DNA of 57,752 bases, counting the filler, from Basidioascus undulatus (taxonomy: Eukaryota), in NCBI GenBank assembly GCA_000826855.1. It is 6 parts of 6 records of this genome, joined end to end, with 100 filler letters (N's around TTAATTAATTAA, not from the genome) between each part and the next. Parts side by side here need not be neighbours in the genome. Positions count along the whole stretch, not along the records: positions 1 to 9,573 come from JTLS01001242.1; positions 9,674 to 19,232 come from JTLS01001243.1; 4 more parts are not named here. One strand, 5' to 3'. The position numbers were made by a program, and so were the translations under genes. Position 1 is the stretch's first letter; each line of letters opens with the position of its first letter. Of the stretch, positions 1-11,872 are shown piece by piece. The notes beneath the pieces are model-generated. The model was not told where the DNA came from, did not search any database, and worked only from the letters and a program-made list of their open reading frames with translations.

Positions 1-3000
1 CCCGCCCAACCCGCCTCGCCTTCCCCCTCCGCTCCTCCCCACACACCCTGCTCTCCACGGGATCCTCCCGCATGCGGGAGCGCCAGTACGCGATTCACGA
101 CGCGCGCAACCTCGCCAAGCCCGTTAAGGTCCAGACCGTCGACACGGGCAGCGGCGTGCTCGTGCCCAAGGCGGACCAGGCTCGCGGGCTCGTTTGGCTT
201 GCCGGTAGGGTGAGTGCGCTTTGGGGGTTAACGGAAACTTGGAGGGAGGTGGGTTGCTGATAGAGATGAGGGCTTTGAAGGGAGACGTCACTCTGCGGTG
301 GACGGATTTGTCGCTGTCGCAGACGGCGCCTGGCGAGGGTGCGTTCCCATCTTCTGTAGCTCTTCCCGGTGAAAACGGTTCTGATGTTCACCTCCGTGTG
401 TACGAACAGCCTCCGCTATCCTGCCCACCGCCATCCACTCGTTCGCCCTCGCCCCGCCCACTGTCCTGGACGTGATGAAAGTCGAGGTGGACCGGCTGGT
501 GGTCCTCTCGGCCGACAAGGACGTCTGGAGTGTCGCTTGCAACGTACCGCGTCGGGTCAGTCTTTCTCTAATCACTCAATACCCAAAAATATAGCCCTGG
601 AACTGAACGCGTTCTGAATGCAGACGTACCTCGACTTCCACGGCGACGTCTTCCCCGAGCTGCGTTCGCCAGGTCCGTATCTACCCCTCCCTTCCATCAG
701 TGTCCCGCTCGCTCATCAGCTGAATCTTTCTATGTCCCCTGTTATTTCCTTGCAGTTCCCGCGCAAAGCGCAGATGACTGGCTGTCCGGCAAAGACGCCC
801 AGCCGGCGTGGGAGAGCCAGGACCCCGCGCGGCGAGGAGAGCGGAAGCGGCCGCCAAGGGACGAGGGCGTGCCGGCGCAGGCAACGACGCAGACGCAGGC
901 TGCACCCGCTGCGGAAGTCCCGGCGTCGACGCAGTCGTCTGCACCCGCTGCAGCCGAGCTGTCTGCCGCTCCTAGTCAGCCTGCCGAAGACGCTTCCTTG
1001 ACCTCCAGGAGCGACGCGCCTACTGAGTCGGCCACTGTCCCTTCGGCGACGCCCGCATCTACGCAGACGCCGGTCCCCGCGTCTGCGCTGTCTGTGCCGG
1101 CAGCAGCAACCGCGCCAGCACCCGTGCAGACTACCCGTGCAGCCGCAGCGGCGCCGGCTCCGACACAGACCGTTCCTGCCTCCGCCACTGCGCGGGCGCC
1201 TGTGCAGCCGTCAGTTGCGACTGTCTCTCCTGCCACTGCAACCACAACCACCACTGCCCCTGCCCCCGCTCCCGCATCCGCAGCGACGCCGAAGCCATCC
1301 CCTGCCCCGACCAGGCCCGGCACCTACTCGCGCCGCTTCCTAGGTTCTTCAACCTCTCTCATCCCCGCGCTGTCCCTGCACCCGTCCCTCCTGATCCCTA
1401 CCCACCCGCCCACATCCATCCCCATCGCCGCCTCCTCCCACGCGCTCTTCTTCCCCCTCGCCGGGCCCGGCGGGCGCCTCGCGGTCATCCCCGCCTCGCA
1501 GCGCGGGAAGGTCGAGGGCGCGCGCGCGATTGAGACGGGGAGCGGGCTCGTGGACTTTGAGGTGGACCCGTGGGAGGGGACGAGGATCGTTACCGCGGGC
1601 GATGATGGAAGGGTGAAAGTGTGGAGGGTGCCGGAGGGCGGAGCGCTGGACGAGGATATGGGGACGCCCGAGAGGGTCCTTGAGAGTGAGTCGGTCGAAG
1701 GACGCTGTGCGGATGAGAAGCGGGCCGGAACGCTGATGGTGCTGGCATATGGCAGCTCCTGCCATGGCTGGGATCTCCGAGGTCGTCTTCCATCCGACCG
1801 CGAGGGACGTCCTACTCACCGCCTCGCACGACCACGGTTCGCCAGCAATCCGCCTCTGGCATCTCGGCAAGCGCACGGCTGAGATCGAGATTCCCGTCCC
1901 GGGCGGGGGCGTGCGTCTCCTTCCCTCGACTCAATCTCGCTTTAGCTGATAATGACGGCGTTTTGTAAACGATAGATCCACCACGCCGCCATCTCCCCCG
2001 ACGGCGCCCACCTGGCCGTCTCGACCAAAGACAGCTGCCTCTCCATCTTCTCCCTGCGCCACCCTTCCTCCAACCCGCTCGCCTCCGCGCCCTCGCACGA
2101 CTCCAAGCGCGCCTCGCGGCTCGTCTGGCTCTCCCCCACGCGCCTCACATCCATCGGCTTTTCCGCCGGCTCCTCGCGCAAGATCCTGCTCTTCGCCTTC
2201 TCCCCCTCCTGCTCTCTCGAGCCCCTCCCATCCTTCACCCTCGACGTCTCACCCTCCACGCTCTTCCCGCACTTCGACGCGGACACAAACATCCTCTACC
2301 TCTGGGGCCGTGGCGAGACGGCGCTGGCGCCGTTCGAGTACCGCCCGCAGGAGGAGAAGACCGCGCCGTGGCTCGCGCTGCCCAAGGCCGCGGGGAGGGA
2401 GAGCGTCCAGCAGGGCGTGGCGTTCGCGCGGAAGGTGGACCTCGATGTGAGGAAGGTCGAGGTCGGGCGGTGCTGGAGGTTGACGGGGAAGACGCTGGAA
2501 GAGATAAGCTTCAAGATTCCGAGAAATCGGGTGCGTTGCGTCTCGACTAGAGGTCTGACCATGAAGAACGGAGCTCATTGCGGTGGGATGTATTAACAGG
2601 CCGAGTTTTTCCAGGACGACGTCTTCATCCCCACGCGGGATCACGGACGCTCGGCGCTCGGTGCGGACGACTGGTTTGCGGGTAAAGACTTGGAGCTCGA
2701 GGTCGTCGACCTGCGCCCGGCGGATATGACGCCTCGTGCGTATCTCTTTCTCATCCCCTTTACTCCTTCCACGCACGCAAAGCTCATCCGCACCTCACCC
2801 ACAGTCTCGCAAGCCCCCGCACCAGCAGTGCGTAAAGCCGCTCCTCAAAAGGTGCGTCTATTCTTCTACTTCCCGTGCCGAGTAAGCGAGCGAGTCAACT
2901 GATGATGGATGTGTCGGTTGACGAGCAGCCTGGTCCGAAAGAGCCGACGGACGAGGAGAAGCGTGCAAAGGCGCTGGATGACTTGTTTGAGCGGGCGAAG

Positions 3001-3081
3001 CTGGATGATTCGGAGGAGGAGGAAAGCGAGAACGACGTGCCTGCCGCGAGGAGGAGGGCGCCGAGCGATGACGAGTGGTAG
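1..3081 (+). CDS. CORO7: Tandem (Coro7/POD-1-type) coronin, multi-exon, 5' truncated
   Basis: Two coronin-like WD40 halves. First half: TGSSRMRERQYAIHD, GVLVPKADQARGLVWLAGR, VACNVPRR|TYLDFHGDVFP. Second half: GPGGRLAV, DFEVDPWEGTRIVTAGDDGRVKVW, FHPTARDVLLTASHD, PSTLFPHFDADTNILYLWGRG, ISFKIPRNR|AEFFQDDVF. They are separated by a long Ala/Pro/Thr linker, and the protein ends in acidic ...SDDEW* (TAG 3079-3081). Confidence 0.85.
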
Positions 3082-3424
3082 AGTTGGGAGACGGGAATGG
3101 GGGGCGAAGATGGAAATGGTAGAGTATGGTGGCTCAACTTCGGATGGCACTTCGGGTTGCACTTGGAGTGCTGCGACCGTGCATCTGCATTGCATTGCCT
3201 TCGACGTGGATTCAAAGCGAGGGATTAAACGTGACTACGGCGGCAAGATTGCCGGCTTCTTCATGTCCATACTTCCCCAACTTGAGTGTGTGTCCGCATG
3301 GGCACCCAGCTGAACACGTTGTTCCAGGCTTTTCGCCGAGGATCAACCCAACCTCTGACGCAAGCATACATGCGTTGCACAAAACATATTTTTGGCTAAG
3401 GCGTGTCCTCCTCAACGTCGAGGT

Positions 3425-4925
3425 TTACTCTCCGAACGGTATGCACCTCTGGGGAGACCAGTTGACGAGATGCGTCACCCGCCCTGCGCTGTCCCTGAGC
3501 ACATCCCACGTCTCGCCGCGTAGACCAAGCGTCTCAAGCGAAGGACACCCGGAAACCGCGTCCTTGACGTGCTTGATACGGCACTCCTCGGCCCACCAAG
3601 TAAGCAGCCGGATGTTCGGATGTGCAATAGGGGTAGGCTGTTGTGGGTAAAACACAAGGAAATCGGTGTCAGTAGATGCATACTAAAGAAGCGGGAGGCG
3701 GGCGAGCTTTCGTACTGGTGTCCAGAACGTGTCTGCGACTGAGTCAAGCTCGGGACAGTGCTGCGCCAGGGCGTCGTACGCAATTTTAATTTCGCCGCTT
3801 TTTGACGCGAATCCGACCGCGTCGTCACAAACGAGGTGACGCAGGTTGGGGACAGCTCGAAACGCAGAGGCGACACGATAACGAACTCCGGTATCGCCGC
3901 CTGAGATGACGAGTTCACGCATTGATAAGCGCGGGGATTCGCGCGGGCATAGTTGCTTGAAGAGCGGCAGAGACGCGCAGAGGGCGCGGAGGCGTGGGAG
4001 GGTCTCGCTTGGCGATACGCGGACATTTTCAAGCCTGACAGCGAACGGCAAGCCGAGCGATACGATGTTCGGGTGATGGTCGAGGAAAGATTTGAGAAGA
4101 TTAGGGTCGACGGCGGATGTATAGCCAGTGATTTTGAGGGTGTGAAGGGTAGGGAATATCATGGACAACGAAGAGAAGTGCGGTGGCGACGGAGTGTAGA
4201 GCGACCTCCTGATCTCGAGCTCGAGGTATGCGAGACGAGGCAGCGATAGCGCAAAGTCAGACATGACGAGTGACACGTCGAGCGACTGGGCCTCGCCGGG
4301 CTCGGGTTTGAGGGTAAGGCGAAGATGACGAAGCGTTGTCATGCGGGTGATCTTGAAAGCGCTCACTTCCAGTCAGTTCGGCAATTTTAAAAGTTTCTCA
4401 ATGGAAAGAAGAGGGTGCTCACCGCTCGTATCCCCTCCTCCTCTATTCCAGACCCCAGCCACGCTTTGACATCCAGCACGCGGAGGTTCCCCGTCCGACG
4501 GAGAATGTCCCCCAAGCACGTCCAAGAGATTGCCTTCGCGCGTTTCGGGGCAGCCACACCTCGTCTAGCCGTACGAACTGTTCCAATGCCGCGAGCGTAA
4601 CCTCTGCATCTCTGCGCCTATCAGAGGCGCCAGGGCCCTCGTATTCCGAGAGCCACGACGGCAGGACGACCGATCGAGCATAGCGAGCGGCCGCGGGGGG
4701 GAGGGTGGATGTCTCCCCAGGGATTTCTCCCCAAAAACGTTGGGATAGCTCAGCGAAAAGGTGCGGAAGGCTAGCAGTATAGAGTGGTTTGCAGACGAGG
4801 GATAAGTCGCGGAGATGGCGACGGTGAAGATGCGAGGCGATTGAGGAGAGGATTTCGGGCGGAAAAGCGAGTAAGGGGCAAGCATACGAGCTTCCGCCGC
4901 TTGAGTTGGGATCCGACAGTGACAT
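3425..4925 (-). pseudogene. F-box/LRR-like gene with an apparent frameshift (pseudogene or assembly indel); 3' end uncertain (3425 or 3212)
   Basis: F-box motif LLAFPPEILSSIASHL...LRDLSLVCKPLY...LPHLF followed by LxxLxL repeats. The exon 1 frame stops at 4443, while the protein-like text ISWTCLGDILRRTGNLRVLDV...EGIRA, which splices in phase to ITRMTTLRHLRL, is in another frame. No intron is visible at about 4537-4555. Confidence 0.6.
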
Positions 4926-6095
4926 ATTGTATGATTGATGGGCAGATGTACGAGAGGACGTCTTCGTCTTCAGGGGGCTGCCGATATGCGCCGTACACAA
5001 TGGGCCGAAACGGTAGCACCGCTACGCTTTGGGATGATAAGTGCAACAGTTCACGAGACTTGTTGATGCGTCGAGCCGCGAGATAGTTGAGAGCGAGAGA
5101 GGGGAGGTGCGCTGGAAGAGGTTGAAGCGGAAAAGCGCAGAGGTGGGGAGTCTGTGCCGGGTATTCCGCGGTCGATTCGGCGGACGTGTCGCAACAAGTC
5201 GCCTGAGTCGCAACCTTTAGACCCGAGCAGCACAGTTACTACGATGAAGTGGCAATGGAATTAGCTGATCATAACTGAAACGATGTAGAAGCTGTGCATA
5301 CCGGGACACTCCTGCTGAGAGGTACCGGACGCGCTCTGTCTCTCCCTTACGGCTGGCACTTCTGTGCAGTACGTATACTTTTGCGGCACCGAAGCTTTAA
5401 CCTGATCTTCGTCCTATCTTCGCGGTGTACTGTTGTTCCAGGATAGGACAATTTTAATTTGGTCTGGGTTACTTTTTTGGGACCCGGCCAACAACACCGT
5501 GGATAGTTTTGTAAGTAAGAAGATCGAAGACGGGATTCACGAAGTTGCTCAGACTCCGACGGATCAGAAAATATGATATGTCTCTGAAACTTGAAAGGCT
5601 CATTCGTTGAGACAGCTTCACTGCGAATCGTGTTGGCCCTCGAAGTGCATCACGAAGGCCCAGTAGGGCCGGAACAGGGCTCAAGCCTCATCTTGCCTCA
5701 TCCGACTACTACTCTACCGCATCTTCATGCATCTAAATCGGACGCGCACCGTTTACTCCATCCCTTCCACTTGGTACAATGATACTCACTACCGCAACGG
5801 CCTGAAAAGTATACTTACAGTGTGCACGAGCGGGCGCATTCTTCAAACGAGTCCGAGATATCTTATCTTGACGTCTGATCTTGAGCACGTGGGCTTTATC
5901 AGATATCGGGATCAAGCGCCGACGCCCCTTCTCTGCGTCTTCTCTCGGTCTTCTTCGACCGCATGATCCTGCACCCGTTGTAGTTTGTATAAAGTCGACT
6001 AGCTGCCATTTCCCTTTCCACTCTCACGCACTCACTAGAAACCGGCCTTAGACGCAGCCACCGCTTCTGTACCACCCGCTGCTCCTCCTACCAAC

Positions 6096-7272
6096 ATGGT
6101 CTCCTCGCGCTTGATACCTCCCGAACTCGTCCTCCTCGTTGCACACGACATATACGGCGAGTACATGGCGAAGCTCACGGGTGGGCTGGACGCGTACGAT
6201 CCGCAAGCCACCCGCACGCTGCGCGACTCCCTCTACGCGATGCGCCTCGTCTCCAAGGCGTGGAAGGCGCTGCTCGGACCGATGATGCTCTCTGGCGCGG
6301 TGGAGCTGGATGTGACGTCTGAAGAAAAAGTTCAGGGGTTCATGGAGGCCATGGAATACTGTCGGATGCAGCCGAGGTGAGCGGTCTGTCTTCTTCTCTA
6401 GGTAGAAATTAGGGCCAGGCTGAGGAAAGTTAACGTTCCTTCCCAAAGTGCACTCCGCCTTCACCTCACTAAGCCCTCCCTACCACCTCGCGTTCTCTCC
6501 ATATTACCAGCGCTCCCCCTCACTCATCTCATCATTACACTTCCGCGAAGCTCCTCGTCTGCCGTGTCATTCCACACCCTCCTCACCGACCCTCCCTCGA
6601 CTTTCGGCTGCGCCCTCCCTCCGTCTCTCCAGCACCTCACAATCATCATCACCCACTGGCCCGACGTGACTGTATTGGCTCGACTCGCGTCGGGTTGCGC
6701 CAACCTGCGCGTGGCCGAGGTGCGCGTCCGCGGAAGAGTGCACCACAGCTTCATGCAAGGGCTGTGCGAGGCACTCCCAGGCGGTGTCGAGAGACTCGTC
6801 GTGCACCACGAGGGGCTCAGAAGTAGGTTAATGGCAGCGCACGAGGAGTTCGTACGTTTTTTTCTCAATTACCTGACAATCCCGAGTTTCAATGCTGACA
6901 TGGAACGTTTACTGCGTGAAACAGATGATCTCCACCCGCGCCCTCTCGCAGCTGGTATGTTCCCACCATTTCTTACTCTCTGCCTTCTGCTACTCTCCCT
7001 AGACTCTGACACCCTTCTTTCGTGCCCCCAAGCCAAACATAACCTACGTCGACGTCCCCTGTCCCGCACCGCACAAGTCCCCGCAGGATACACATACCGA
7101 CAACGTCGCACGCGCACTCACATGTGCGATGGCCGACTCGCTGCCTCGTCTCGAGCGGTGTAGGTGGTGCGCACGGGACGGGGGGCAGGGAAAAAGGAAG
7201 ATCTGGAGGGTGAGGAGGGGTCTCGAGGGCAAAGAGACGGGTACGGAGGTGGAGTCGGAAATAGAGGAGTGA
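6096..7272 (+). CDS. F-box-like hypothetical protein, 4 exons, apparently intact
   Basis: IPPELVLLVA...LYAMRLVSKAWKAL F-box-like start. Exons join in phase (MQPS|ALRLHL...; AHEEF|MISTRALSQL|PNITYVDV...LPRLERCRW...EIEE*), stop TGA 7270-7272. Confidence 0.55.
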
Positions 7273-8122
7273 GCGGCGAGGAGGTGTGCGGTGGTGTGCA
7301 GTACCACACGGAAGACCATACATTTCATATTCAAAAGTATAGGGCGGGTGTATTGAAAACATGCTGGGCGTGCTGAAGCTGTTGTCGGTTCTGGAACGAG
7401 GAAAATCGTTGACGCTCATCTGCACTGCGCCGAATGATGACTGGCGCTCTTTCCCCGTTGCTAGAACAAAATAGTTCTCCTCTTTTCGGCACGTTATACT
7501 TAAATCCAAATAATTAAAATGCGTAGGCGAGATAAATGTTGAAGTAGCTCTACGCCTGACTTGACGCGAGGCGATCTAGTCGTCGCCCACATACAAAGCC
7601 AACTTTAAGAACTGCATCGCCTCAGTCAATCAGAAACCCAAGAACCAAGCTGTCTCGAATAACAAACGATGGGCCCAGGGAGACAGGCGAGCAGTGCTTT
7701 CTCCTCAGTCGCAGAGAACGTAACGCCTCGAGCGTCTCGCATTGTGAAAGCGAAGCGAAGGCGAAACCGAAACCGAACCCGAGAAGAGTGAAGAGTGCAT
7801 TGTCGTGACTGTATGTGTTGTGGGTTTGCGTAAACGATGCGAGGCGAAGCGAAGATGAGCGGCTGAGAAGCAAAAACTGTACGGCGGGTTTACAAAGAGC
7901 AAAGGAAAGATAACGAAAGCGGAATTACGGGACGCAGTTAGGAAAGACTGTGCTGTTTTTCGGGGTGTAGAGGAAGAAAAGGGTATACGAGCGAAGGGAA
8001 GTGGGGTGGAAACCCGGAGACGAAGCACGGGATGGAGGGGCATGTGGGGAGACCAGCAGACGAGACCGAGGACCGCGGACCAGAGAGCAAACGAAGCGGG
8101 GAGTGGAAGCGGGTGAGGACTG

Positions 8123-9573
8123 TCATGCGACGACGTCCGCGTCGCCCAGGCTGCTCCTCCGCCTCCGAATGCTCCTCGGCAGCCCCGCCCTAGCCGAGCC
8201 TCCGCCGGCAGCCCCGGCCGCAGCGGCCTTCTCCGCTCCCCCGGACGGCGCATCGATCCATGTATGGGCGCCCGCGCCGGCACCGGCACCCGCGCTGAGG
8301 AGCTTCGCCGAGGGCGCCGGGGCGGGCGTGTACCCACGCTTGGCGGGGACGAGCGCGGCGGGGATGCGGCTGACGGTTGCGGGGTGGACGAGCGTGCGCG
8401 GGGCGGCGGACGTGGGACGCGCAGGCGTCGCAGCCGTCAGGCGGACGGAGTACCGTGTCGTGGTCGTCTTGGTGGTGGTCATCGTCGTCGCGGTGAGGAC
8501 GGGCCTAGCGGGGGACAGTTCGGGCGTGCCGCGCGCGGAAGACGGCGTCCCGGACCTAGATCCAGTGGACATGGCCGCGTCCGAGCCCGTGCTCTCCTTC
8601 TTCTTGTGCATGCCGAGGCTTGCGGAGCGCTTACGTGTCAATCGGGGCGCGGGCGCGGGCGTCTTGCGCGGCTGTCCCACGGGCGCGACGGCCTCGGCGT
8701 GGCCGATGCGCTTGGGCGTCGACGGGTGCGTCGGCGTCGAGATGGCTGCCAGGTGCTCTTCGGATGGGGGAGTGACGGGGCGGACGGACTGCGGGGCGAG
8801 GTGGAGGCCGAGCGCGGCTTCGCGCCGCGCTGCGTCGAGCACGCCCCAGCGGACCTGTTGTGGAGCGTGGTGTTAGAGAGGTGAATCAAAAGTGCAGCTT
8901 CGGATGACTCTCAAAACTCACCCAGTCGAACTGCTTTTGGTACATGTATTGCTGAAGGGGAAAAGCGACGAGGATGTCAGCAAAGTAGCTCGCAACTTCA
9001 TGGGCGCTGAGGCAGACAACTTACCTGCTGCGGGCCTACGACGCTCCCCGGCCGCATAATGCGCAAGAATGCGATCACCTCGTTGGCGGTAAAACCGTGC
9101 TTATATATGAGGTATGCTGCATGACCCGCCCGCAAGTCAGCTCCCCATCTCCTAATACAAGCAGAGCAGCAGCGGCCCCCAACGTACCGCCAATGAGCGT
9201 TCCCGTCCTGCCCAAGCCGGCCTTGCAGTGCACCGCGATGACGCCTGCCTCGTCCCATACCGTATGTCCGTATCAGCCTCCGAACCGCATCTCTCCTGTC
9301 TCTCTCCCTCTCCGCACAACCGACTCACCTCCCCTTTCAATGACCTCCTCGCAAAGCGCGATGAACTCGCGCACGATGTCCTCGCTCGGGTTCGTCCCGT
9401 CATCAAAGTACAAGTCGACATGGCGCACGCCGCGGTCGGTCCACGTGCGCGCGTCGTACAGCGCGTTGTTGAGGCGCACGACGAGCTGCACGTTGTGCGC
9501 AGTGAAGTAGTCGAGCGCGGCGGTGAACGTCGCGGGCAGGCGGCGCGTCAGGGCGGGCGAGAAACTGGCTGAT
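8123..9573 (-). CDS. CDC14: Cdc14 dual-specificity phosphatase, 5' truncated by contig end
   Basis: VVRLNNALY, DLYFDDGTNP (acid loop), AVHCKAGLGRTGTLIG P-loop, IAFLRIMRPGSVVGPQQ, then a low-complexity C-terminal tail ending at 8123. Confidence 0.93.
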
Positions 9574-9673
9574 NNNNNNNNNNNNNNNNNNNNNNNNNNN
9601 NNNNNNNNNNNNNNNNNTTAATTAATTAANNNNNNNNNNNNNNNNNNNNNNNNNNNNNNNNNNNNNNNNNNNN
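9574..9673. other. Artificial contig linker (N44-TTAATTAATTAA-N44)
   Basis: Exactly 100 nt with a core giving stops in all six frames; identical at five places. Confidence 0.98.
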
Positions 9674-10060
9674 GGGTGCGGTGGGGAGGAGGACGGGGAG
9701 GGGGGGTGAGCAAAGTGGGAGGAGGAGAGAAGGCGGGCAGGGCGATCGAGATCAGTGATGATGAGGAGTTGCCGGAGGAAGTTAAGGGCGGTACTTGGGT
9801 ACGTTCCTTGATCGGGCTGGTTCTTTCGTCGTTCGAGATGGGAGCTGATACGCTGCGTCGTCGGATAGGCATGCCAAACGTGCACATTCGAGGTCCGTTC
9901 CTCCTTCTCCTCCTCCGCCTCACTCTAGCTGGGCTGATGATCCCACGTCGTTCCTGTCCTGTTGGGACAGAACACGACCGACAACCGCCTCTGCGCCATG
10001 TGCCAGACCCGCCGCGCGAGGGCCGTGCTCGGGCTGGGCACCGGGGGGAGCGGGTCCTAA
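9674..10060 (+). CDS. C-terminal fragment with SIM-like motif and RanBP2-type zinc finger (possibly a Wss1/WLM-like protease)
   Basis: Splicing out introns 9799-9868 and 9893-9970 gives ...AIEISDDEE...GTW|ACQTCTFE|NTTDNRLCAMCQTRR...GS*, matching W-x-C-x2-C-x3-N-x6-C-x2-C. The family assignment is inference. Confidence 0.7.
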
Positions 10061-10549
10061 GATAGGGGATGGAAGCCGAAAGGGAGGTTCTTGGACTCCA
10101 GCGCTTGTTGAGGTTGCTTTTGTTGGGTTTGTTTCTTGGACGCGTAGGCTGGGCCGGCGCTGGCGCTCGAGCTTTCGTTCGCAGTCGTTTCTTTTTTCGC
10201 AGTTCTTTTGTTGTCGTAGTCGTACTTGCACACGCACCGCATAGGTTAGCTTGTCCTGTACTATTTCATGAAGATTCGTAACGTCTAGAGCGTGGATGCA
10301 ACACTCCCACGGCGACTGCGCACTTGGGCCACGCACACGACCACCGTCTCTGAGCACGGGCTGGCAGCACACGCGCCGCAGATTACAACTCGTCTGCAAC
10401 AGTCTCGTCGTACATGTCCTCGGTTGCCTGGAGTTCCGTAAAACGAGCGGGCGTACCCGGGCACAGCGAGGCCTTTGAGATAGTTTCGGTCGCTACCATT
10501 AGCGCGTATTCAGCGTATCTCGTGGGTCGGGAATGTTGACCCAGGGGGA

Positions 10550-11399
10550 CCTATCCCGACTGCTCTGCCACCCACACCTGCATGGACTTGCCAGAGGGCA
10601 CGAGGCGGTACAGGATGATGACGAAAGAGCAGAGCGGGTCGCTGGAAGGTCGTCGCGAGATCTGCCGGGATCCTTTCAGTCGCATTCATATGATTAGACC
10701 TACTAATCCCTGATCAGCTCTTGAAAACGCGCTTCGCCCGTCGACTGGGCTTGCCGGAAGCTCATCCAAAAGAACCTGCCGTGTGTACCGACATGCTGCG
10801 GCGGCTCATCGATGTTGAAGTAACACGCGCCCCGGACGCCGGTTTCGAGCCATTTTTGCACCTACAACTTAGGACTTAGTCATAGGAGACGCTGAGGAAA
10901 ATGCTCACCGCGTATTGGAAGACATGCTCGAGGTCGAGCTTTGTCGTTAGATAACGGGTCGCCTCACCATCTGCGGCGGTGGGCCCGCCAAGTGCACCCC
11001 TGGTCTCCAGAACGTGCAGAGTTGTGCTATTTTAGGTACTTACGAGAAAACACGCACCAATGGAACCTCTCCCTAGCCGGTGTCGGGCCGTGAACACCGC
11101 GACCGCCTTCTGCAGGTCGGCCTGCAGGTCGGCGTGCTCCTTGAGACCGCTCGCCGCAATCTGGCGGCAAAGCGGCTTGTGGGATTTCCACGCTGCTTTT
11201 TGGGACTCTTTGGAGCAGCTGTATATTTACGGCGGGATACAGTCACGGTCAGGCGCCTCAACATCGGGATGTAGAAGTCACTGGACAAGCGGTAGAACTA
11301 CCACACCCGACGACATCCGCTGCACCGCTGAAGCTTGACGCCGGGGTGGGTGCTGCGTTTTGTATAGGTGGAAGAGTGGCAATTGGTTGTCGTAGGCAT
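10550..11399 (-). CDS. MYND-type zinc-finger protein (degenerate finger), multi-exon; 3' end approximate
   Basis: MPTTTNCHSSTY...KLQRCSGCRRVWY|CSKESQKAAWKSHKPLC after splicing, followed by several short GT-AG exons. Confidence 0.6.
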
Positions 11400-11872
11400 T
11401 ATGGGGGATGAAGAACAATGTTGAGGACTGCTCGAAGATGTAACACGGCTTGTTGGCAAATAACTATTGGATAACACCACCCGGCCTTTACGATAAGAGC
11501 GTGCGGATAATACATTGATAAGTTTTCCTGTCGTGAGCCAGCTCCAGGTGCCACGTTGAGGCACATTGAGGTAGTAGCATTCAGAGAGTTCTGCAATGCG
11601 CTGGCAATCGGCTGTCATTCCGCGTCTGCAGCTCTCGCTCGCAGGCGCAATTGAGATCTCTTAGGGTAGTCCGTGTTTGTATCCGACCAGCATTTTTGGT
11701 GTACATTCTCAAAAACTGAGTGTGGATATCATGCAACGGCTCGATGACAAATTTGCGTGCGGACACATCGGCTTCATGCCCGCCTGGCGTTCGGCTGGAC
11801 CCTTGCAGTCCTCCTTGCCTCCCTCCACCAACTTGCCTCAATCCAACGACGCGCCCTCCCGCCTCTTCCCTA

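Noticed and set aside
5213..6000. Exon-like fragments in a lower-GC intergenic stretch
   Set aside because: Could not assemble a coherent gene model or recognise a domain.
7434..7559. C/D-box snoRNA candidate (ATGATGA...CTGA)
   Set aside because: No terminal stem or recognisable rRNA guide; such boxes arise by chance.
8001..8884. Long antisense ORFs (also 17539-18453, 37023-37785, 50760-51356, 56016-56594)
   Set aside because: Shadow frames of GC-rich coding sequence with no domain signatures.
9618..9629. Regularly spaced TTAATTAATTAA as a biological repeat or CRISPR-like array
   Set aside because: Always centred in 100-nt N-padded linkers; it is an assembly spacer.
8123..10060. Cdc14 continuing across the gap into ORF 9618-9923
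   Set aside because: Different contigs; the post-gap sequence is better explained by a plus-strand zinc-finger gene.
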